Of a DNA stretch of 64,000 nucleotides, positions 1 to 7,605 are shown piece by piece. Each line of letters begins with the position of its first letter. Position 1 is the stretch's first letter. The stretch comes from Podarcis melisellensis (lineage: Eukaryota). Made by a program: the position numbers and the translations under genes. Location of the stretch: assembly GCA_964234715.1 (NCBI GenBank), contig OZ174277.1; one strand, given 5' to 3'. Below the pieces are notes generated by a model, which had not been told where the DNA came from, ran no database searches, and saw nothing but the letters and a program-made list of their open reading frames with translations.

Positions 1-107
1 TATGGAGGGGACCCCTTTCTTCTTACACACCTTGTTCCAGATTCTGTTTAGAATTTAATGGCATGTTGTTTTTCTCCTTGAACTACAGTGGTACTTTGGT
101 TACATAC

Positions 108-874
108 TGTCACGGCCACCCAGGTCTGGTCCCAGCTCACAAGAGACCTCACTCCGTTGCAGCTTATTTACAGGAAAAGTTTATTGAAGATTTCTGCTTC
201 TCATACAGTTCAGCATTGTGGCCGTACGTCTGCCACGTTAGACCGCTGAAGTCCCCTCTGACTCCTCCCCTCTTCCGCACCAACTTAATAGCCTGGCTCT
301 AGACCACCTCTTCCTCTCCTTTCTTTTCCGCAGGGTCTTCCTGCCCCCCTGGGTTCCCTCTCTCCGTGACTCGCCTGAGGCTGAATCCTCTGCCGCCTCT
401 TCCCCCCTCTTTCTGGCTTTAGGGCCGGGCTCCTCCCCTGAGCTCTCTCCACTTCCGCGCGCCTCTACGTTTGAACTTGGCGCGCGTACGTTGCTGCTGA
501 CCTTTTTTTCGACCGCTACACCACCCCCTGCTCTGCTCTCCACCCTTTCCGGCTGAACACCCTGCTCCAACCCCCTCTCTCTGTTCTCTCCTAATCCTGC
601 TCCCTCCGAGAGGCTGACGACTCCACCCCCTTTACTCCGTTCCGGCTGAGACGTCTCTTGCTTCCTCTGTCTTCCACTGGGCTCCTCTCCGCTTCTCCCT
701 TCTCCTCCCCTTTGCTTGATTAAGGTAACCCCCTTTTGAGAATCCTCTGACTCGCTGCTCAGACTCGTGGATTCCCTCAGAATTCCGTCATCTTCTTCCT
801 CATCCTTCTGCCCCTCCTCCCACTCGCTCTCCGTCTCCTCTGTCATCTCCTCCTCTCTCCCAGAAACCCTGACA
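108..874 (-). repeat. 3' LTR
   Basis: Direct repeat of 5835-6601, preceded on the minus strand by a polypurine tract. Confidence 0.97.
180..185 (-). terminator. LTR polyadenylation signal AATAAA
   Basis: tttatt on the plus strand, in the 3' LTR downstream of the predicted R start (259) and the pol stop (238). Confidence 0.75.
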
Positions 875-3800
875 TCCATCCCCCCCTCGAAGCCCCCCCT
901 TCCCCCCTCCCGCTCGCCGGGGACCGGTTGTGGAAACTGCGGCTCTTCGGGGGTAGGCTCAGGATACAGGTCGTCTACGTCAATGTTCTCTGCTGGCAGT
1001 TCTGTGTAAGTGTATTCGAAGTCGGGTTCTTCCCCCAAATGCTTCTCAGTCTCTGCTTCCATCGCTACTTCCTCCGGTGCTGCCCGCCAAGGACCTATCA
1101 GCCACCTCTTACGCCATTCCTCCTCTGGCTGCTCCTCCCACCAATAAGGGGTTTCCGTGTCCACCCCCGAGCACGATCCCCTGGGCGGGCTTGATTCTGG
1201 TGTTCTTTCCTCGGGGGAAGAGAAACCCCTGAACGTGCTATCTGACAATGTGGGTGTGAAAAGCCAGTCATCAAAGTACTCAGCTGGCATGGGTCTATGT
1301 GGGAAAAGTGCATGGAACTCTTCTTTCAAAAGGGGTTCGTCTAAGTCGTAGCCTGGCACCCAACTATTAGCAGCGGCTGGTGTGCCCTCCCTGGCGAGAA
1401 AATATTCAACTCCCTCCTCCCCCCATCTCGAGTCCAGTATCTCTGTGACCTCGTTAAGAGGTTCTGGTCTTGGCGATTCCCCCCTCTCAGGCGCCCTCCT
1501 ACGTGGCTCTGGGGGTGCTCCTGACTCTTGAAACCTGTGTGGGGTTTTGTAGGGAGTGAGCACCGACCTATGAAAGACCGGGTGCACCCTGGAACCTTCC
1601 GGAAGGGCTATACGAAAAGCCACCGGATTGATCTTAGCCTCAACTTGATATGGCCCTAGCTGCCTGTGTCCTAACTTCTTCTTGGCCAATGACCTGGCCG
1701 GCATCGCGTGGGCTGCTAACCACACCCAGTCCCCAACCTGGATGTCCTCTCCCGCCCTCCTGTGCTTATCGGCCTGCACCTTATACGCCTGTTTTGCCAG
1801 CTCCAAATGTCTCCGCAGCTCCTCGTGCACCTCTTGCAACTCCGCTGCAAACTGGTCGGCATCTTGAGGCCCCCCCCCTCCTGGTGCCGCAAATCTCGGG
1901 AAGGTTCTGGGATGACGGCCATTGTTCGCGAAGAAAGGCGTCACCCCGGTGGAAGCGTGTTTCGTGTTGTTGTAGGCGAATTCAGCCATCGGCAGATAGT
2001 CCACCCACGCCGCAGGTCGCTGGTTGGCGTAGCACCGCAGGTACTGCTGCATGATCGCGTTGACCCTCTCCGCTTGACCGTTGGTTTGTGGATGCCTCGC
2101 CGATGTCAGGTTGATTTTGACGTGCAAGATGCCCAGAAGCTTTCGCCAGAAAGTGGAAACAAACTGGCGCCCCCTGTCGGACAAGACGGACTGCGGAAGT
2201 CCATGCACTCTGAAGACGTGATCGATGAAGAGCTTTGCGGTCTGTTCTGCCGTCGCCACCTTGGCACAAGGGATGAAGTGCGCCATCTTGGTGAACAAGT
2301 CCACCACCACTAACACCGCCGTCTTACCTCTGGAGCTGGGCAGGTCTGTAACAAAGTCCAACGCTACCCTCTCCCATGGTTGCTGCGGTGTCTCCAGCGG
2401 TTCTAGCAATCCCGCCTGCTTCTGGTGCACTGGTTTGGACCTCTGGCAGATATCACACCTGGCGACGTAGTCCGCCACCTCTCCTCTCATCTGGGGCCAC
2501 CAAAAGTCTCTAGCCACCAACTCCATCGTCTTTTCTTTGCCGAAATGGCCTGCACTAGGGGCGTCATGCAACTGTTGCAGAACCTTGGCTCGAAGATCGT
2601 CGGTGGGCACGTAAAGGGCACCCTTACGAGTCAAAAGTCCATCTTGTAATTGAAACTCATCGTTGTGTCGCGACCCTCCGCGTAGCTCCTCCATCTTAGA
2701 CTGTGCAAACTGATCCCTTTGCAACGCGCGTCGCACCGCGTCCAGGTCGACTGCGATGGTAGCGCACGTCCACGCCTGCGGTGCGAAAATGTGCTTTGCT
2801 GCGATTGGAGCTGCTTCCTCCAAGTATTGCGGCTTTCGGGACAGCGCGTCTGCAATAACATTGGAGTCTCCTGGGATGTATTCTATTTTGAAGTCGAAGT
2901 CCGCAAAGAACTCCGCCCAGCGCATGTGTCGCTGGGTCTGCAACTTAGCCGTCCGCCAATACTCTAAGTTCTTGTGATCCGTGCGGACCTGCACCGTGTG
3001 CTTGGCTCCTATTAAGAAGTGTCGCCACGCTTTGAAAGCTGCATGAATGGCCAACAACTCCCTGTCCCATATGGTATAATTGCGCTCCGTCTTGCTGAGC
3101 TTCCGGGAGTAGAACGCACCCGGTCGCCAGTTGCCTTGTGAATCCTCTTGCAAAAGAACGGCCCCAACCGCTCTATCCGACGCATCGGTCTCTACCCGCA
3201 TGGGTCTGCCGGGATTCACGTGGAGCAGCTGCTCTTCGGAGGCGAAAAGACCCTTAAGCGTCCGGAAGGACCGCTCCGCTTGTTCGGTCCAGACGAACTT
3301 CTTCTTCTTGGAACTGAGGGTGTCAGTGATCGCCGCCGTCGCGTTCGCAAAACCTTTAATAAACTTGCGGTAAAAATTGGCAAAGCCGATGAACCTCTGG
3401 ACCTCTTTCCGATTTCGAGGGCTTTTCCAGTCCAACAGCGCTTGAACCTTAGCCCTGTCCATGGCCAGTCCCTCGTCGGACAACTTGTAGCCAAGGAAAT
3501 CAACCTCTCTGACATCAAACTGGCACTTTTCCAACTTGGCGTACAGCCTGTGGTCCTTCAGCCTCTGCAGGACCTCCCTCACGTCCTTATCGTGATCCTC
3601 CGGCGATTCCGAGAAAATCAGGATATCGTCGAGAAAGCAGACACACTTTTTGTAGAGGAGACCTGCTAGCACGTGGTGCATAAATGCTTGAAAAACGTGG
3701 CTGCCATTTTGGAGGCCGAAAGGCATGACTCTGTATTCGTATGTGCCCAGAGGGGTGAACATGGCGGTCTTCCACTCATCTCCTTTCCGGATGCGGATGA

Positions 3801-4758
3801 GATTGTAAGCTCCACGTAGGTCCAGCTTGGTGAAAATCTTGCCCCTCCTGACGGTCGCTAAAAGGTCGTCAATCTTGGGCATGGGGAAAGCTTTGGGCTT
3901 AGTCAAGCTGTTGATGAACCTGTAATCCACTATAAGCCTTTTTTGGGGCGTGTCCTTCTTCTTCACAAAGAAAACAGGGCTGCCTCCCGCTGCTTTAGAT
4001 TCCTGGATGAAACCGCGCTTGAGGTTATGGTCTATGAACTCCCGAAGCTCTTGCATTTCGTCCTCCGACATGGAGTACAGCTTGGCAGCAGGCAATTGCG
4101 CCCCTGGCACTAAATCAATCGCGCAGTCGTAAGGTCTATGAGGCGGCAACTTGTCAGCTTCCTTCTCACAGAAAACCTCCAAGAAGTCCTGGTACTTGTG
4201 AGGCACTGTTTGCACCATACCCAGATGCAATGGCTGCTCAGCTTCTCCTCCCTGATCGGTCTGAAAGCAATGCTGAGCACAATACGATGAACAAAAGTTG
4301 ATCTGCCTCTGGTACCACGCAACCGCGGGACTGTGCCTCTCCAGCCAACTCATGCCTAACACGATGGGTGTGTCCGATAAGTGGGTGACATTGAAACTAA
4401 TAAGCTCTCGATGGTTGCCAATCTGCATCATCATGGGAGGGGTTTGCTGCACCACTTGCCCCCCCAGCAACTTCCTGCCGTCCACCGTGACCACGTTCAG
4501 AGGCGTCGTTGCAGGCAGGAGCGCCATGTTGTGCTGCTTAACGAACTGCAGTCCCATGAAGTCGGCGTTGCTTCCCGAATCGATCGTTATTGGAACCTCG
4601 AGGAGTCTCCCATCAGGCAACTGGAGTGTTGCTGTGAGCAGAACTGCCGGTTTGGGAGGCAAAGGGTCCACGCTCTGCAGTGATGCTGGGGGCTTGTCTA
4701 CAGATCCGCCTGGCTGAGCCCCAGTAGCTCTGCTTCCAGCCAGGCACTGTCGTTTCCC
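238..4758 (-). CDS. pol: Pol polyprotein (protease, RT, RNase H, integrase, degenerate chromodomain, ~350-aa acidic/basic tail), expressed as Gag-Pol by -1 frameshift
   Basis: Open frame 238..4836, in the -1 frame relative to gag. Motifs: IDSGS (protease); LDLRGAYNLIRI, MPFGLQN and FLDD (RT); TDASD, RELLAI and TDHKNL (RNase H); HHCC, LDFVTD, SDRG and NGQAER (integrase); GPY/F and HPVFH; EVTEILDSR (chromodomain). Confidence 0.96.
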   Translation of the reverse strand, partial: GKRQCLAGSRATGAQPGGSVDKPPASLQSVDPLPPKPAVLLTATLQLPDGRLLEVPITIDSGSNADFMGLQFVKQHNMALLPATTPLNVVTVDGRKLLGGQVVQQTPPMMMQIGNHRELISFNVTHLSDTPIVLGMSWLERHSPAVAWYQRQINFCSSYCAQHCFQTDQGGEAEQPLHLGMVQTVPHKYQDFLEVFCEKEADKLPPHRPYDCAIDLVPGAQLPAAKLYSMSEDEMQELREFIDHNLKRGFIQESKAAGGSPVFFVKKKDTPQKRLIVDYRFINSLTKPKAFPMPKIDDLLATVRRGKIFTKLDLRGAYNLIRIRKGDEWKTAMFTPLGTYEYRVMPFGLQNGSHVFQAFMHHVLAGLLYKKCVCFLDDILIFSESPEDHDKDVREVLQRLKDHRLYAKLEKCQFDVREVDFLGYKLSDEGLAMDRAKVQALLDWKSPRNRKEVQRFIGFANFYRKFIKGFANATAAITDTLSSKKKKFVWTEQAERSFRTLKGLFASEEQLLHVNPGRPMRVETDASDRAVGAVLLQEDSQGNWRPGAFYSRKLSKTERNYTIWDRELLAIHAAFKAWRHFLIGAKHTVQVRTDHKNLEYWRTAKLQTQRHMRWAEFFADFDFKIEYIPGDSNVIADALSRKPQYLEEAAPIAAKHIFAPQAWTCATIAVDLDAVRRALQRDQFAQSKMEELRGGSRHNDEFQLQDGLLTRKGALYVPTDDLRAKVLQQLHDAPSAGHFGKEKTMELVARDFWWPQMRGEVADYVARCDICQRSKPVHQKQAGLLEPLETPQQPWERVALDFVTDLPSSRGKTAVLVVVDLFTKMAHFIPCAKVATAEQTAKLFIDHVFRVHGLPQSVLSDRGRQFVSTFWRKLLGILHVKINLTSARHPQTNGQAERVNAIMQQYLRCYANQRPAAWVDYLPMAEFAYNNTKHASTGVTPFFANNGRHPRTFPRFAAPGGGGPQDADQFAAELQEVHEELRRHLELAKQAYKVQADKHRRAGEDIQVGDWVWLAAHAMPARSLAKKKLGHRQLGPYQVEAKINPVAFRIALPEGSRVHPVFHRSVLTPYKTPHRFQESGAPPEPRRRAPERGESPRPEPLNEVTEILDSRWGEEGVEYFLAREGTPAAANSWVPGYDLDEPLLKEEFHALFPHRPMPAEYFDDWLFTPTLSDSTFRGFSSPEERTPESSPPRGSCSGVDTETPYWWEEQPEEEWRKRWLIGPWRAAPEEVAMEAETEKHLGEEPDFEYTYTELPAENIDVDDLYPEPTPEEPQFPQPVPGEREGGRGGFEGGMDVRVSGREEEMTEETESEWEEGQKDEEEDDGILRESTSLSSESEDSQKGVTLIKQRGGEGRSGEEPSGRQRKQETSQPERSKGGGVVSLSEGAGLGENRERGLEQGVQPERVESRAGGGVAVEKKVSSNVRAPSSNVEARGSGESSGEEPGPKARKRGEEAAEDSASGESRREGTQGGRKTLRKRKERKRWSRARLLSWCGRGEESEGTSAV
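875..911 (-). other. Polypurine tract
   Basis: GGGAGGGGGAAGGGGGGG..GAGGGGGGGATGGA immediately upstream of the 3' LTR on the minus strand. Confidence 0.9.
4686..4758 (-). other. -1 programmed ribosomal frameshift signal: G GGA AAC slippery site plus H-type pseudoknot
   Basis: GGGAAAC at 4758-4752 in the gag frame, then a 6-nt spacer. Stem 1 is GCCTGGCTG/CAGCCAGGC (4745-4737 with 4716-4708). Stem 2 is CTGGGGCT/AGCCCCCAG (4724-4717 with 4694-4686). Confidence 0.88.
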
Positions 4759-5774
4759 TGAAGCTGCTCCCCTGGTTGCACCTCTGCTGTTACAGTTGCC
4801 AGCGCTGCAGTGTGCTTCTGGAGCCTCTGGGGGCACTCTTTCGCCATATGGTGCGCACTGTCACAGATGTAACACTTCCTGGTTCCTCTAGGAGGCTTCG
4901 CTTTGGCTGCACCAGGGACAGGGCTCTGGGATGGCTTCTGAGCCCTAGCACCACCAATCTCCATTGGCTCCTCTCTGTCCTTCCCCATTGGCGAGGGGTG
5001 CGCACGGCTGAAGTCCCTGTGCCCAAAAGGGAGAGTCCTTGCTTGCGCACGCGCTTGGGGCCCGTCCTCCTCATGCCACGGACGCCCCTCATGTCGAATT
5101 CCAAGAGCTAAAGCCCGTTGCACCACGTCTTCTAGGGTCTGGGGTCTGTCCCCCCTAGCGATCTCATCCTTGATGGGGGGGCTCAATCCCTCCCAAAAAA
5201 GATCTCTGACCGGTTTACTGTCCTTTGGCCAATCTAAGGCGGTGAGCAATGCAAAAAATTTAGAGTGGTATTGGCGCACAGTCGCTTTCCCCTGCCTCAG
5301 CCCGTGCATTTGACGGCGCGCAATGTCCACATCCACAGAGGATTGAAAACAAGAATCCATCGCTTTGATGAACGCAGTTGAATCGCGACGGGCCGGTCCA
5401 TCTTCGCGCCACAAATTGCGTAGCCAAGCCCTGGCCTCCCCATGCAGGTGCGAAACAATGAACCCCACTCTCTCCTCCTCATCTTTAAAATCGTGACGGA
5501 GTAAGTGCAGTGCATATACAACGTCCGCTCTGAAATTGGGATAGTCTTGCAAGTTGCCATTAAAATGCGGAACTAGGGCACCCCCCCTCCGTCCAAGCGC
5601 AATGCCCTCCGCTCTGGATCCTGGGGCCCCCGCCTTGTCCGCGCGCTCCCACCTTGCCTGCAAATCCTGGCACGTCTTCTCCAAGTCGTCATTCTTCTTC
5701 TGCGAAGCAATGACTGCCGATGTGAGAGCGGTAACCTGATTCCGCAATGCAACCAGCTGCTCCTCAGCGCTCAT
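4698..5774 (-). CDS. gag: Gag (358 aa): N-terminal coiled coil, retrotransposon capsid, EEPMEIG motif, CCHC zinc knuckle
   Basis: The ORF track gives 4698..5879, but the first in-frame ATG is at 5774 in a good Kozak context (gcagccATGa, MSAEEQLV). Contains CYICDSAHHMAKEC (CX2CX4HX4C), LRQGKATVRQY and EEPMEIG, as in sushi/PEG10-type Gag. Confidence 0.95.
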   Translation of the reverse strand: MSAEEQLVALRNQVTALTSAVIASQKKNDDLEKTCQDLQARWERADKAGAPGSRAEGIALGRRGGALVPHFNGNLQDYPNFRADVVYALHLLRHDFKDEEERVGFIVSHLHGEARAWLRNLWREDGPARRDSTAFIKAMDSCFQSSVDVDIARRQMHGLRQGKATVRQYHSKFFALLTALDWPKDSKPVRDLFWEGLSPPIKDEIARGDRPQTLEDVVQRALALGIRHEGRPWHEEDGPQARAQARTLPFGHRDFSRAHPSPMGKDREEPMEIGGARAQKPSQSPVPGAAKAKPPRGTRKCYICDSAHHMAKECPQRLQKHTAALATVTAEVQPGEQLQGNDSAWLEAELLGLSQADL

Positions 5775-5821
5775 GGCTGCTCCCGTTCGTGAGCTTCGCA
5801 AAAAAAAATTTTTGCTTTGGG

Positions 5822-5832
5822 AGAGGGGACTT
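5822..5832 (-). other. Primer-binding site, self-priming type (AAGTCCCCTCT)
   Basis: Starts 2 nt from the 5' LTR and lacks the TGG start of a tRNA PBS. It is perfectly complementary to AGAGGGGACTT at 5986-5976 in the LTR. Confidence 0.88.
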
Positions 5833-5834
5833 AC

Positions 5835-6601
5835 TGTCACGGCCACCCAGGTCTGGTCCCAGCTCACAAGAGACCTCACTCCGTTGCAGCTTATTTACAG
5901 GAAAAGTTTATTGAAGATTTCTGCTTCTCATACAGTTCAGCATTGTGGCCGTACGTCTGCCACGTTAGACCGCTGAAGTCCCCTCTGACTCCTCCCCTCT
6001 TCCGCACCAACTTAATAGCCTGGCTCTAGACCACCTCTTCCTCTCCTTTCTTTTCCGCAGGGTCTTCCTGCCCCCCTGGGTTCCCTCTCTCCGTGACTCG
6101 CCTGAGGCTGAATCCTCTGCCGCCTCTTCCCCCCTCTTTCTGGCTTTAGGGCCGGGCTCCTCCCCTGAGCTCTCTCCACTTCCGCGCGCCTCTACGTTTG
6201 AACTTGGCGCGCGTACGTTGCTGCTGACCTTTTTTTCGACCGCTACACCACCCCCTGCTCTGCTCTCCACCCTTTCCGGCTGAACACCCTGCTCCAACCC
6301 CCTCTCTCTGTTCTCTCCTAATCCTGCTCCCTCCGAGAGGCTGACGACTCCACCCCCTTTACTCCGTTCCGGCTGAGACGTCTCTTGCTTCCTCTGTCTT
6401 CCACTGGGCTCCTCTCCGCTTCTCCCTTCTCCTCCCCTTTGCTTGATTAAGGTAACCCCCTTTTGAGAATCCTCTGACTCGCTGCTCAGACTCGTGGATT
6501 CCCTCAGAATTCCGTCATCTTCTTCCTCATCCTTCTGCCCCTCCTCCCACTCGCTCTCCGTCTCCTCTGTCATCTCCTCCTCTCTCCCAGAAACCCTGAC
6601 A
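5835..6601 (-). repeat. 5' LTR (U3 ~6601-5987, R/U5 ~5986-5835)
   Basis: Direct repeat of 108-874 at offset 5727 with no differences seen by eye; upstream of gag on the minus strand. Confidence 0.97.
6012..6017 (-). promoter_or_regulatory. LTR TATA-like box (TATTAA); predicted TSS ~5986
   Basis: TATTAA lies 26 nt upstream of the 11-mer that pairs with the PBS; the same motif is at 285-290 in the 3' LTR. Confidence 0.7.
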
Positions 6602-6825
6602 CATACGCTTCAGGTTACACACTCCACTAAGCCAGAAATAGTGCTTCAGGTTAAGAACTTTGCTTCAGGATAAGAACAAAAATCGGGCTCCTGCGGCGCG
6701 GCAACCGCAGGAGGCCCCATTAGCTAAAGTGGTGCTTCAGGTTAAGAACAGTTTCAGATTAATAATGGACCTCCGGAACGAATTAAGTACTTAACCCGAG
6801 GTACCACTGTACCTACATTTAGAGA

Positions 6826-6955
6826 NNNNNNNNNNNNNNNNNNNNNNNNNNNNNNNNNNNNNNNNNNNNNNNNNNNNNNNNNNNNNNNNNNNNNNNNNNN
6901 NNNNNNNNNNNNNNNNNNNNNNNNNNNNNNNNNNNNNNNNNNNNNNNNNNNNNNN
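6826..6955. other. Assembly gap (N run)
   Basis: 130 N. Confidence 1.
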
Positions 6956-7049
6956 ATACCCAGAGGTCTCAGGGCAGTTCAAAGAATTTATGGTGCTCCC
7001 CCTTGACATATGGAAGTCAGATGAGGATAAATTAATATATTGAAGCAGT

Positions 7050-7605
7050 ATTCTTTAGAATAATATTCTAAACTATAGCAAACAGATAATTCAGAGAAAA
7101 TCAATACATTTTTAAAGGGAATCTTACAATGCCATGTGATCAGGAAAATTTAGACAAACGAGTAGCATGGATAGAAAATAAGGCATCAGGACCGCATGAA
7201 TTTATGGCTTTATATTATAAAACATTTGCATCACAACTAGTTAAAATGTTAAGGAAAACCATCAGTGAAATATGGGAAAAGAAAAAAACATTGGACTCCT
7301 GTGAAGAGGCAAATATTGTGGTAATTCCAAAAGAGAGGAAATATATGTCTAATGTATCTTCTTATTGATCTACCTATCTCTTAAATATAGATCATAGGAT
7401 TTTCACAGGGATATTGGCAAAAAGATTATATTCTACAATGAATCAATACATAAACATAGACCAAACTGGCTTTATCTGGCAGTAGAAAATGAAGGATAAT
7501 ATATAGATGAGAATACATATAATCAATTGTGTCTCATTGAACAAAAAGGAGACAGCACTGCTATTTCTCAGTGCTGAAAAGGCCTTCAACAATATAAAAT
7601 GGAGC
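7050..7605 (+). pseudogene. Decayed L1-clade LINE ORF2 (RT N-terminal region) fragment
   Basis: Translates to KASGPHEF..YYKTF..EANIVVIPK..; further on, LLN-D--IF-GILAKRL, DQTGF and AEKAF-like motifs appear, with stops and frameshifts. Boundaries approximate. Confidence 0.75.

Larger units (their letters stand above)
108..6601 (-). mobile_element. Full-length Ty3/Gypsy LTR retrotransposon, Tf1/sushi (chromovirus, PEG10-related) group
   Basis: Two 767-bp direct repeats with TG..CA ends (tgtca...tgaca). 5-bp TSD CATAC at 103-107 and 6602-6606. Uninterrupted gag and pol in PR-RT-RH-IN-chromodomain order. PBS and PPT lie next to the LTRs. Confidence 0.98.
86..6809 (+). mobile_element. Tc1/mariner (Tigger/pogo-like) MITE, ~225 bp, split by the Gypsy insertion (86-107 and 6607-6809)
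   Basis: TIRs cagtggtac.../...gtaccactg, TA TSD at 84-85 and 6810-6811, and collinear with the intact copy at 36727-36971. Confidence 0.9.

Noticed and set aside
3625-3636. RT active site FLDD instead of YxDD as a sign of inactivation
   Set aside because: FxDD occurs in other Ty3/Gypsy RTs, and both catalytic aspartates are present.
1650-4717. Plus-strand ORFs of 130-180 aa antisense to pol (e.g. 1762-2313, 3148-3669)
   Set aside because: Shadow ORFs expected from GC-rich codon usage; no recognisable domains.
4759-4836. ORF-track start for pol (MPPEAPE..) and the 5879 start for gag
   Set aside because: These are non-ATG starts. Pol is better explained by the frameshift at 4758-4752, and gag by the ATG at 5774.
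5965-6573. 202-aa ORF in the 5' LTR as an independent gene
   Set aside because: It is the LTR duplicate of the pol tail and lies almost entirely upstream of the predicted TSS.
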